A DNA stretch of 64,000 nt from the IMG/VR virus record IMGVR_UViG_3300044608_002890; one strand, 5' to 3'. Positions 27,615 through 37,337 of this stretch are shown here, piece after piece; position 1 is the stretch's first letter, and the number at the start of each line of letters is the position of its first letter. Both the position numbers and the translations under genes were made by a program. This DNA is from a virus. The notes beneath the pieces were generated by a model. It was not told the DNA's origin, searched no databases, and saw only the letters and a list, made by a program, of their open reading frames with translations.

Positions 27615-28979
27615 ATGGCTGCAATCATAACCAATTACTATCGCTTGTTCAATGCCAAGCAATTCGTAGAAAGCGTCAGGGAACCATGGGCAGGCGCCAG
27701 CGCCAATGCCAATACCTTTCATTATGTGTTTATTGGTCGACCACAAAGCTGGTCAAATGATAATCTGCCGCCTACTCCAGTCGACACCATAAATTTGCAA
27801 TTCGATGTCTGGAAAGACATGATTGCCATGAAGAAGGTCAATCGCGAAGACATGGCGCACGTCGTTGCTCGTGAAGACTGGGTCTCGGGTACGGTCTACG
27901 ACATGTATGACCATGATATTACTTCGACCAATCCAGCCTATAGTGGCGCTACTTCGTTGTTTCAAAGTAACTTTTATGTCGTAACCGATGAGTTTAAGGT
28001 CTACAAGTGCCTTTTTAACAATAACAACCAGGCTAGTACGGTCAAACCTACCAGCACCAGCACCAGCGCAGTACAATTAGGTGATGGTTATGTCTGGAAA
28101 TACATGTACACCATTGATACAGACAGCATCATCAAATTCCTAACACCGGAATTCATGCCGGTGTTGGCCTGTTCTACGGTACAGGCCGCAGCAGTTGACG
28201 GCGCCATTGATATCATAAAAGTTACCTATGCAGGCAATGCCTATGTTTCTACACCATCGGTGGTCATAGTTGGTGACGGCAATGTGGCTGCTGCAGCCAC
28301 AGCCACCATGGCTGGAGGTTTAATTACTGACATTACCGTTGGTACCAGAGGTACTGGATACCATGTTGCCAACGTTACTATTACTGGCGGCGCACCCAAT
28401 GCCAATGCTACGGCCCGTGCCATACTTGGTCCTCCGGGAGGGCATGGTTCCAATCCTGTTGACGAATTGGGTGGATACTATGTCATGATTAACAGTAAAT
28501 TGGTCTATGCCGAAGGCAGCGGTGATTTTCCTGTAACCAATGATTTCCGCAGAATTGGCATGATTCTAGATCCTCTGGTCTATGGCAGTTCCAACGTAAG
28601 AGCTACGGCCAATACCCTGACCACTCAATGGAGTTTCTTTGCCAACAGCACCAGTGCAGCCTTTGCAGTTGATGAAGTCATAACCGGTGGTACATCGGGA
28701 GCCAAGGCTCGCATCCTGACAACCACCAATGTAATTGTTGCTGGTAATAGTACAACGAGATTCATACAACCCTTGGATGACAGCAGCACCAATTTTACCA
28801 TGTTTCAGGTCAATGAGACCGTAACCGGTGGTACCTCAGGATCGACTGCAGTCATCAGACAAATCTATGGGCCCGAAGCCAACATACATTCTGGCATAGT
28901 AACCTATGTAGATAATCGTAGGCCCATAAGCCGGGCCGCCGATCAGTCAGAAAGCATTCACATTGTCATAGAATTCTAA
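27615..28979 (+). CDS. gp8: Baseplate wedge subunit
   Basis: YVFIGRPQSW, DWVSGTVYDMY, FYVVTDEFKVYKCL.N, GDGYVWKYMYTI, PPGGHG.NPVDELG, NDFRRIG motifs. Confidence 0.93.
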   Translation: MAAIITNYYRLFNAKQFVESVREPWAGASANANTFHYVFIGRPQSWSNDNLPPTPVDTINLQFDVWKDMIAMKKVNREDMAHVVAREDWVSGTVYDMYDHDITSTNPAYSGATSLFQSNFYVVTDEFKVYKCLFNNNNQASTVKPTSTSTSAVQLGDGYVWKYMYTIDTDSIIKFLTPEFMPVLACSTVQAAAVDGAIDIIKVTYAGNAYVSTPSVVIVGDGNVAAAATATMAGGLITDITVGTRGTGYHVANVTITGGAPNANATARAILGPPGGHGSNPVDELGGYYVMINSKLVYAEGSGDFPVTNDFRRIGMILDPLVYGSSNVRATANTLTTQWSFFANSTSAAFAVDEVITGGTSGAKARILTTTNVIVAGNSTTRFIQPLDDSSTNFTMFQVNETVTGGTSGSTAVIRQIYGPEANIHSGIVTYVDNRRPISRAADQSESIHIVIEF

Positions 28980-28988
28980 GGTAAACCC

Positions 28989-31900
28989 ATGCCATACGTT
29001 TCTAGTCAGTTCCCTTATTATGACGATTTTGATCAAAACAAGGGTTACCATAAAATCCTGTTTCGACCTGGTCGTGCAGTACAGGCACGAGAGTTAACGC
29101 AACTCCAGACCGTTCTACAGGATCAGATAGGTACACTGGGTAAATCCTTCTTCAGAGAGGGTAGCTTTGCGTTCGAGGGAGATCCTCCTTCGTACCGTGC
29201 AAATTTAGATTATGTCAAACTGGCAACTTCATACAATAGCGTGGCGGCCAATGATGTAATCTTGGGCATGATAGGTAAACGTCTAAAAAACAATGCCAAC
29301 GTCACTGCAACCGTTGTCAATGCCATTGCTTCCATAGGTTCAGATCCACCAACTATTTACGTTACCTATGATGGTACTGCTGATGACGGTGTTACTAAAA
29401 CCTTTAACAACAGTCAGATTCTTACTGAATATGTCAATGGAGCTGCCAACATACAGCTACAAGCAGCATCATCGGGTGCTACTGGCAAAGCTACCGCCGT
29501 AGGACTCACAGAAAATTATATTTTCGTTCGAGATACATTTGTAAAGGTCAACAAGCAACTGGCCATTGTTGGCAAGTATGGTGTGCTTAGCAGCAACAGC
29601 ATAGGTTTTAGAGTTAATGAAGACATAGTAACCTATGCCGATGATTCGGCTCTTAGAGATCCAGCAGTGCTAACCGAAGGCAGTGCTGATAGCAATTATT
29701 ATGCTCTGGGTGCAGATCGATACAAACTAAGTGTCAGTCTTGAAAGCAGACCATTGCTTTCAGATACCGATGATACCGACCCCAACTTCTTTGAATTCAT
29801 CAGAGTACAGAATGAAGTACCAAGCTGGGTTCGCGAGGACATCATCTATGATACGCTTGCCAAAGAATTGGCCAAACGCACCTACGAAGAAAGTGGTGAT
29901 TATACTGTAGAATGCTTTAAACTTCAGCTCATGGAGCATGCCAACGCTAGCAACGCCCAGGTTGTAGGATACTACAACAGCGGCGGGTTGGCTAACAGCA
30001 TGGTGGCGCTCATGGGCAAAGGTCTGGCCTATGTGCGCGGCTACAGAATTGAAACCAATTACGATACACCCATAACCATAACCAAGCCCCGAACCTATGC
30101 CAATGTAACAACTACTACAGTTGACATGACAGTAGGAAATTGGGTACGTGTAACCAATGTTTATGGTTTACCCAATCTGGCCAATGATTTAGAATTAGTA
30201 GATATTTATAGTGACTACAAAGCTGGTGCACATTCAATTACGGGCCAGGGTAACAAAATTGGTACTTGCAGAATACGGCACATAGAACTTGAAAGCGGTA
30301 ACCCACAAGACTATGTCACTGGTTTTTACTATGCTTCTTGGAAACTTTATATTTTTGATGTTCAGCTTTTGCCAGGATATGAGTTTTCACGATCAGCCAA
30401 AATGCTCAGGGGCGATGGTGCCGGAGGTGCTGGTTTCAGTTGTAACTTTGCGGCCGAACCATTGCCCATGCCTGGTTCGATAAATCTGTTGTCGGGCAAT
30501 GTTTATGCAACTGGATATCAAACAAGTTTCACGAAAACTTTGGCTGACCCCAGAGCAGTTAGATCGACACTTTTCAGAGATTATATTCACGTTAAAACGC
30601 CAGGGTTTACACCTGCAGTTCAAAATTTCCGCATAGACAATGTTTTAAACGATTCTAATGTTTTACTAGGTGTGAATGTTCCAACAGTTACTGGAACTTT
30701 TCCATTTTTTGTTCACATAGTAAACATCAAAGAGCCAGAAACTGCCAGTTATATCGTAAAACTACCCTTTGATTATGTACGAAGTGTAGATGCCAACAAT
30801 GACAGCACGGTATTTACTGCGGCTAGCTGGAATACTGCCACATTATCGGCTAATTCTGCCAGCATTGTCATAAGCGGAGCAGTCAACGAGTCTTGGACTC
30901 AACCAACATTGTACAACAGTCTCATTGTTGTTACTACGGGATCCAAAGCCGGTAACGTGTATACTGGCACAGACGGTAGATTGGTTCTTAGCAACGCACA
31001 AAAAACGTTAACAGTGGATCTTGCCAGTATATCTGGTGTTTCTACCGCAGATATTCATCTTGTGCTTCCTAGAACCAAAACACTGGATCGTGCTTCGCGT
31101 CGCAGCAAAACACTCAACACCAATCGTACCTATGATGTAACCAATGCTACAGCGTATTCCGCTGATGTCATAGAACTAGACCGTGCCGATGGCAAACGTC
31201 TGGTAAGTGTGTATGAGAGTGTACCTGGCACTACTGGTAGTTTTAATGCAACAAGTGCCATAGAAATCACCAGTAATTATACTTTTGATACTGGTCAAAG
31301 AACAACACACTATGCCCGGGCAAGAATAATACGCAGGGCCGGAGCGCCTGTTCCACAGGCACCCATACAGGTTACCTATGATTATTTCAGCCATGGTGCT
31401 TCGGGTGATTATTTCAGTGTAGAGAGCTACACGGACAACGGTGTTGATTATCAGGACGTACCTAGTTTTGAAACCAATCAAGGCAAAGTATATCTTAATG
31501 ACTACCTAGATTGTAGGCCGGTCATAAATCATGCAGGTTCGGGTTACTCAAGCACTGGTGCCATAAAGCCCGACCATATACTTTCAAATTATAACTTCAC
31601 AACCAGTCTTAGTTATTTTCTCGCACACAACGCAATGATTGGTTTGAGCACCAATGGTACTTTTAATATTAAATACAGTGGTGCCGCCCCCAATGGTCAG
31701 GCAAGAGATCCTGAACCAGCTGATGACAGCATGCCATTGTATGTAATAAGAATGCGTCCCTATGTTCGTGACATGCTTACCGATGTAGATGTTGAAAATC
31801 TTTGTGTTGAGCGTTACACCATGAAGGACATTGGCAAGCTTGATCGTAGAATCACCAATCTAGAATATTATACTACCCTGAGCTTGTTGGAAAAGCAAAC

Positions 31901-32063
31901 CGAAAGTCTACAGATAAAAGATGCCGCAGGACTGGATAGGTTTAAAAATGGTTTCATAGTAGACAATTTTACTGGATTTGGTGTGGCAGATACAGCATCC
32001 ACAGCTGCCATAGATTTCAGATCCAATGAATTAAGACCAAAATTTTCACGCAAGACGTTCTAA
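28989..32063 (+). CDS. DUF4815-type virion structural protein, part 1
   Basis: FPYYDDFDQNKGYHKILFRPGRAVQARELTQLQ, LAKRTYEESGDY, RYTMKDIGKLDRRITNLEYYTTLSLLE, RFKNGFIVDNF. Confidence 0.8.
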   Translation: MPYVSSQFPYYDDFDQNKGYHKILFRPGRAVQARELTQLQTVLQDQIGTLGKSFFREGSFAFEGDPPSYRANLDYVKLATSYNSVAANDVILGMIGKRLKNNANVTATVVNAIASIGSDPPTIYVTYDGTADDGVTKTFNNSQILTEYVNGAANIQLQAASSGATGKATAVGLTENYIFVRDTFVKVNKQLAIVGKYGVLSSNSIGFRVNEDIVTYADDSALRDPAVLTEGSADSNYYALGADRYKLSVSLESRPLLSDTDDTDPNFFEFIRVQNEVPSWVREDIIYDTLAKELAKRTYEESGDYTVECFKLQLMEHANASNAQVVGYYNSGGLANSMVALMGKGLAYVRGYRIETNYDTPITITKPRTYANVTTTTVDMTVGNWVRVTNVYGLPNLANDLELVDIYSDYKAGAHSITGQGNKIGTCRIRHIELESGNPQDYVTGFYYASWKLYIFDVQLLPGYEFSRSAKMLRGDGAGGAGFSCNFAAEPLPMPGSINLLSGNVYATGYQTSFTKTLADPRAVRSTLFRDYIHVKTPGFTPAVQNFRIDNVLNDSNVLLGVNVPTVTGTFPFFVHIVNIKEPETASYIVKLPFDYVRSVDANNDSTVFTAASWNTATLSANSASIVISGAVNESWTQPTLYNSLIVVTTGSKAGNVYTGTDGRLVLSNAQKTLTVDLASISGVSTADIHLVLPRTKTLDRASRRSKTLNTNRTYDVTNATAYSADVIELDRADGKRLVSVYESVPGTTGSFNATSAIEITSNYTFDTGQRTTHYARARIIRRAGAPVPQAPIQVTYDYFSHGASGDYFSVESYTDNGVDYQDVPSFETNQGKVYLNDYLDCRPVINHAGSGYSSTGAIKPDHILSNYNFTTSLSYFLAHNAMIGLSTNGTFNIKYSGAAPNGQARDPEPADDSMPLYVIRMRPYVRDMLTDVDVENLCVERYTMKDIGKLDRRITNLEYYTTLSLLEKQTESLQIKDAAGLDRFKNGFIVDNFTGFGVADTASTAAIDFRSNELRPKFSRKTF

Positions 32064-32072
32064 GGTCCAGAC

Positions 32073-34751
32073 ATGTTAAAAGAATTAGGTGTTGTTATTG
32101 ATGAACCAAGGTCTCTGATCGATGTAAAATTGCGGAAGGCATATTACAGCCTCGTAGGCCGCGATGTAGATCTAGAGGGACTACAATACTGGGGTAACCT
32201 CATTCAGACAGGTTCAATGACCTATGAGCAGGTTATAAATTTCATTGCCAATCCCACAAACTTCCCTTTGGTTGGACAGTATAGAGATCAGGGCAATGGC
32301 AATCCGGTTCAAAATTTAATCAGGCGTGATAATGATGGCAATGTTGAATTTCTAGAAGCTGCATTCAATACACAGTTCGATAGGGCCAACCTAGGCTATC
32401 AGGTTACGGGCGATATCATTAGTTTGCCATACAATCATGCAATCTATGTTCAAAATAAACTAGCCAGCAGCAACGTAAACATCAATCCCTATGGAATTGT
32501 TAGTTTCATAGGTACGATGGTACTAACACCACCAGACAATAGCATACAACCCAAACCTACCAGTGTTCCTCAGGTACAGAATGACCCCAATGACAACTAT
32601 ACTACAATTGTAAACAATTTCAAACAAGAAATCGCCAGTAAACAAGGCAAGGTTGTAACCGCAGACAGTGATTCGGGGTTTTATGGTAGTTATTACGGTG
32701 AATGGGAACTTCTAGGACAGGGAACACAGGAACTTGATCCCACCGATAACAAATATAAACGTGTTGATACCTATGTAAAATATCGTTATGATTTTAGCAT
32801 CAAACCACAGTACCAAACAGTAACCAAAGCAGGGCAGCGTCGCGATGTAGTCTATGATCAGAACATCAGACCCAAAATGAGCGACATAAGAATTAATTTT
32901 TCTGCTCAGGGTATGAAACCCAGAACACGTCTCAATGCCTTCTTTGGTGATCGTAATGTAACCAGCGCCTGCATGGCTACTACTTATAGACCCGATGGCC
33001 AACCCATCATTAGCGATCAACTTGTCACAGACGAACGTGGTGAGATACGAGGTACCTTTACCTATAGCGAAAGTGATCTGAACTTCGACGCTGGTTTTTA
33101 CATCTTTGCACTTAGCGACAGTTCTAGAAATGACAATGATAGAAACACCTATGCTTCAGCAGTGTTTAATGGGTCAGGTTTAACTGGATATGCTGAAGAA
33201 ACATTCAGAACTCGCATGGGCGAATTAACAGTCAATAAAACCAGTACTGTTACTGTTTCTGATCCCAGAACTGTTGTAGTAGGTGAAGGTCCAGCAACAC
33301 CACCACCGGTTGTAGCTGGAACGCCAAAAACAGACCTTGATCTTCTTGAAGCGTTTTTCATCTATGGTTTTGGTCGCCGCCCAACGGCCGAAGAAAAAGC
33401 GCATCTCTATGATAAATGGCAAAGTTATGGTGTACATACCATGACTACCTGGAACAACATAGTCATGCAGAATCCTAGCAACGGTGCCAATACCAATGGC
33501 AACGAAATTTTTCGTGAATATGGATTTTTAAGAGTTGATCAAGTACTAAGCTACGTAGATAGGGCCATTTCGGTTGTACCCAATGGTACTGATAATGCTG
33601 ATTTACGAAGCAAGTATCTGGCTGCAGCTACGTATAACTATGGAAAATATGACTGGTACTATGAAAAAGACAAACCCATATTTCCGGCCACCATAAATTA
33701 CATGCAGTTTTTGAACCTAGATCCAACGCAGAGCCTAACACCGCCTTGGCTCACAGATCTAAGCTATGACTGTTTCAATGCCGAAGGTAAAAAAGTTTGG
33801 AATGCTTTGTTTAATTCTTTGGCTGATGTTTATACATTCATAGGTGGTTACAAAACTGCACAGGACTATGGAGGACAAATGGCATGGTATGCGCGTAGTT
33901 ATGGTTTCATAAACTATGATAACAATGGTGTGGTCAGCCTAGGTACACCAAAGATGCCCAAACAACAGATTTATGTTCGCGATACCAGCGACATATCCAA
34001 TTCACATGTTATAACCACCGTCTGGGACAGCACCATAACCGATGATTGCATGCAACCGCATCGAGTGGTAGTTGCTCCGGCAACTGGTGGTACTACGCAA
34101 AGCTCATCTGCATACATTAACATAACCATGTCAAGTGACGCGTTCGAAACTGCTTATAACATTTTTACATCCAATAAATCCACAGGTGCCCTTGCAGCTG
34201 GTAGCGGTGGATCTGGCACTGGACCAGGCTGGAACAAACCCAAGAATGAGTATCCCATAAATGAATTTTCTGGCGCTCCTGAAATGTGGCAACCACTTGC
34301 AACCTACGGCTCCTATACTGGCAACCTTATCATCCCCAATACTCCCTATGTGCTTCAATGCTTACATTATGGAAACCACACAACGCAGATAATTATTGCC
34401 GTAAACAATGGCCAAAACGGCAACACTTCACCAGTTCCCATTCGCATATCCTGTCTAGAGACTGGTACTTTTTATGACACCTGGATACCTCCAGTAAGTG
34501 GTAGTGGATACTGGGATGATGGTAGTTCGAATTCTAATTATGTAGATGTATACACACAATACAAGGGAACGGATCCATTGGGTATTAGCGCACTAGTAAA
34601 CCAATATAAACCAGTAAGTTTACAAATATCAGTTCGTGATGCCAATGAGGTTGTAACTGCTCCGCCAGCCAATGGTGGTTATGGTGGTGGAACTACGGGT
34701 GGTGCTGGTGCAGGCTCAGACAATAATGTGGTCAAAGAAATCCCACGATAA
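32073..34751 (+). CDS. DUF4815-type virion structural protein, part 2, with inserted domains
   Basis: QVTGDIISLPY, NINPY...GTMVLTP, GMKPRTRLNAFF, LVTDERGEIRG continue the family sequence. Confidence 0.7.
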   Translation: MLKELGVVIDEPRSLIDVKLRKAYYSLVGRDVDLEGLQYWGNLIQTGSMTYEQVINFIANPTNFPLVGQYRDQGNGNPVQNLIRRDNDGNVEFLEAAFNTQFDRANLGYQVTGDIISLPYNHAIYVQNKLASSNVNINPYGIVSFIGTMVLTPPDNSIQPKPTSVPQVQNDPNDNYTTIVNNFKQEIASKQGKVVTADSDSGFYGSYYGEWELLGQGTQELDPTDNKYKRVDTYVKYRYDFSIKPQYQTVTKAGQRRDVVYDQNIRPKMSDIRINFSAQGMKPRTRLNAFFGDRNVTSACMATTYRPDGQPIISDQLVTDERGEIRGTFTYSESDLNFDAGFYIFALSDSSRNDNDRNTYASAVFNGSGLTGYAEETFRTRMGELTVNKTSTVTVSDPRTVVVGEGPATPPPVVAGTPKTDLDLLEAFFIYGFGRRPTAEEKAHLYDKWQSYGVHTMTTWNNIVMQNPSNGANTNGNEIFREYGFLRVDQVLSYVDRAISVVPNGTDNADLRSKYLAAATYNYGKYDWYYEKDKPIFPATINYMQFLNLDPTQSLTPPWLTDLSYDCFNAEGKKVWNALFNSLADVYTFIGGYKTAQDYGGQMAWYARSYGFINYDNNGVVSLGTPKMPKQQIYVRDTSDISNSHVITTVWDSTITDDCMQPHRVVVAPATGGTTQSSSAYINITMSSDAFETAYNIFTSNKSTGALAAGSGGSGTGPGWNKPKNEYPINEFSGAPEMWQPLATYGSYTGNLIIPNTPYVLQCLHYGNHTTQIIIAVNNGQNGNTSPVPIRISCLETGTFYDTWIPPVSGSGYWDDGSSNSNYVDVYTQYKGTDPLGISALVNQYKPVSLQISVRDANEVVTAPPANGGYGGGTTGGAGAGSDNNVVKEIPR

Positions 34752-34809
34752 TTTTGCCATTGAAAATGAAAGATAATTTGTTTAAAAAATATGCTAGAAA
34801 AGGTCACTA

Positions 34810-37116
34810 ATGTCTACCTATCAGTACGAATACGTTGATGCCTGCACTACCCAAGTCATGAGGGGAGTAGCCACCATATTGTTTTCTGCCTTTGTAGGGT
34901 CTAATTACAAAAGATCTGGAGAAAATAATCCTACGCTTGGTACTACATCACCAGCTGTTGGGGAACGTGGTTATGGTATTTTGCAAGACAATCCTCACTT
35001 GGGTGATGGTCAGGATTTCACACAAGTTACTACGAACTTTGTGGCTAAGAATCGTGGTGCAAATCCGATATTTTGGTACGTAGATAGTCGTAGTGCTTGG
35101 TACAATGGAATAAATCGTACGCATAATCCAGAATTCAAACTCTGCATGCCTGGCAGTAAGTATTCTGTGGCTGATCCCATAGCACAGAGTTTCTTTGTGG
35201 TAGGTCAAACCGTAATGTTGACCAAGATTGATGTGTATTTTAGAAACAAAGATACTACATTGCCTGTGCATCTTGACATTAGACGCAACATCAATGGCGT
35301 GCCTGGTCCAGAAGTTATTCCTTTTAGTAGCGTAGTGCTGTATCCTGAGTTGGTACTTACCAGTGAAGACGCCAGTCTGCCCACGACGTTTTATTTCAAT
35401 GGCATAGTACACCTCGAAGAAGGTGAATACAGCATAGTTCTGAGAAGCGACAGCATAAACTATGAAGCCTGGGTCAGTGTAGTCAATGAACTTGATGTCC
35501 AGCGTAAAGTAAAAATTAACACACAGTCTGTGCTTGGATCGTTGTACAAGAGCCAAAATTTGAGCACCTGGACACCTGACCAATTGGCTGACCTAAAATT
35601 CACGCTGTACCGAGCAGATTTTGATACTTCGGTCTATGGTTGGCCGGTGTTTACCATTCATCCCAATCATTTTGAGTCGCTTTTGCTTGAAGAAAATCCT
35701 CTGGAATTTCATCCAGGTAGCAACAACATTCGAGTATATGCTCCTGGTCATGGACTCAGGACCGGCGATAATGTCTACATAGATGCCAGGAGTTTTACTA
35801 CCAGCACCTTTGTTGACAATCTTGCTAGTGTATCTGGTTCATATATTGTGCGTGGATACACTGCCGATGATTTTGCCATCAGAGGTTTGGCCACAGGCAA
35901 TGCTTCGATCATCACCAAACCAACAAGAACCGGTGGTAAGAGCGTAAGCATAAGAAATTCCCATAATTTACTTTTTGACACTGTTTATGCTGAAGTTCCT
36001 TACTATGCTGCGGGCACCAAAGATGATTATTTGGGCCTGGGCATGGGCAAAGGTGCCTATAAGGTTCTTAATGCCAATACCAGAACCTTTGAATTTGGGC
36101 AGTTCACGTTGAACAAAGAATTAAACTTTGCTTCTACCATGGTCATGTTGAATCCTGCAGCCAATGGGCACATCAACGTACCACTGAATGCTCCGTATCC
36201 AACTGAGCAAAACTATGATACCTTTGCCTTGTATTTTCCCCTCATCACAGACAATAGATATGTAAGCCCTTTGTTGGACAAAGGAAAATTGAAAATCAAT
36301 CTAATTAAAAATCAGGTTGATTCTCAAGATGTTCTGACCAATAATTACATGGTTGAGGACCTGCCCTATGTTGTTGCCAACAGTTATACAACATCCATAA
36401 GCCTGGTTAATAATACCAATACACTGGGAAGAATTTTTACAACAAATGCTTCGGAAGCAGCTAATTTCATGGCACTTGTACCTGGAAATCACCTGGGTGT
36501 GGCCATGGGAGCAAATTTGCATGGTTATTATAGAGTATTAAGAACTGACACCAATGGTACCAATGCCAATATTTTCATATCTGCCATAGAAACACGTAAA
36601 ACTGCTACTGTTGGTAACCAAAATCTCATTTTAAATACTACAACCAATGCACTTAATGCTCCGTATGTTTCAAATGTTTATGCGTACTCGCCCAATATAC
36701 TAGTTGATAACAGTAGCATCTACATTATATACGGAAGAAGATATGTTGATGATCTAGCACCACGCAATAGTTCATCCAAAGCCAAATACATTACACGTGA
36801 AGTTAAATTTGCCAACCCCAGCACCAGTATTTTCCTCAAACTCGATGCCTGCATACCAGAAAAAACCAATCTAAGATTCTACTATAGAACCAAACTCACG
36901 TCGGATACCGAAGAATTAGCAGACAAGCATTTTGAAGAATTTCCTGTTGTAGTGTTACCAACCAGTAAAGACGGTGATGAATACTTTGAAATCGAAACAC
37001 AAATTGATAATTTACCACCGTTCCAAAGTCTGCAGGTCAAAGTTGTGTTCGAAGCCAAAACATATGCTGGTTTGCCACCCAAAGTAAAGAACCTTCGCAT
37101 CATAAGTTTAGCATGA
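34810..37116 (+). CDS. DUF4815-type virion structural protein, part 3
   Basis: DPIAQSFFV, LTKIDVYF, GSLYKSQN.STWTPDQ..DLKFTLYRA, AKYITREV, PPKVKNLRII. Confidence 0.75.
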   Translation: MSTYQYEYVDACTTQVMRGVATILFSAFVGSNYKRSGENNPTLGTTSPAVGERGYGILQDNPHLGDGQDFTQVTTNFVAKNRGANPIFWYVDSRSAWYNGINRTHNPEFKLCMPGSKYSVADPIAQSFFVVGQTVMLTKIDVYFRNKDTTLPVHLDIRRNINGVPGPEVIPFSSVVLYPELVLTSEDASLPTTFYFNGIVHLEEGEYSIVLRSDSINYEAWVSVVNELDVQRKVKINTQSVLGSLYKSQNLSTWTPDQLADLKFTLYRADFDTSVYGWPVFTIHPNHFESLLLEENPLEFHPGSNNIRVYAPGHGLRTGDNVYIDARSFTTSTFVDNLASVSGSYIVRGYTADDFAIRGLATGNASIITKPTRTGGKSVSIRNSHNLLFDTVYAEVPYYAAGTKDDYLGLGMGKGAYKVLNANTRTFEFGQFTLNKELNFASTMVMLNPAANGHINVPLNAPYPTEQNYDTFALYFPLITDNRYVSPLLDKGKLKINLIKNQVDSQDVLTNNYMVEDLPYVVANSYTTSISLVNNTNTLGRIFTTNASEAANFMALVPGNHLGVAMGANLHGYYRVLRTDTNGTNANIFISAIETRKTATVGNQNLILNTTTNALNAPYVSNVYAYSPNILVDNSSIYIIYGRRYVDDLAPRNSSSKAKYITREVKFANPSTSIFLKLDACIPEKTNLRFYYRTKLTSDTEELADKHFEEFPVVVLPTSKDGDEYFEIETQIDNLPPFQSLQVKVVFEAKTYAGLPPKVKNLRIISLA

Positions 37117-37337
37117 AATACAAAGTTGAAGACAGACCTGGTCTCGTTCGCGATTCCAGGTCCAAGGCCATTATTGTTGAAGATCAAGAAGCTCTGAATC
37201 GCTACCTCAAAGAACGAAGCTATAGATTACAGCTGGCATCCACTAATCAGGGACTGGAGGATCAGATAAATAACCTTAAGACCGAAGTAAACGAACTTAA
37301 GAATCTGGTCCAGCAACTGATTAGTCGAGATCGCTGA
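37113..37337 (+). CDS. Small conserved coiled-coil protein following DUF4815
   Basis: KVEDRPGLVRD..SKAII motif and C-terminal coiled coil. Confidence 0.7.
   Translation: MKYKVEDRPGLVRDSRSKAIIVEDQEALNRYLKERSYRLQLASTNQGLEDQINNLKTEVNELKNLVQQLISRDR
37265..37272 (+). promoter_or_regulatory. Possible internal late promoter GATAAATA
   Basis: NATAAATA box about 65 nt upstream of ATG 37337, but inside a CDS. Confidence 0.35.

Noticed and set aside
32061-32075. Stop-codon read-through joining DUF4815 parts 1 and 2 (same frame)
   Set aside because: The TAAGGT-N6-ATG layout matches the genuine gp8 junction, so independent initiation explains it. Not fully excluded.
34752-34809. Sigma70 promoter in the AT-rich gap before DUF4815 part 3
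   Set aside because: TTGCCA and TTGAAA have no good -10 hexamer at 16-18 nt spacing.
34948-35583. Long antisense ORFs (also 60274-60864, 4970-5341, 5745-6164, 53597-54163 and others)
   Set aside because: They shadow well-supported genes, lack RBS or motifs, and arise from codon bias of the real frame.
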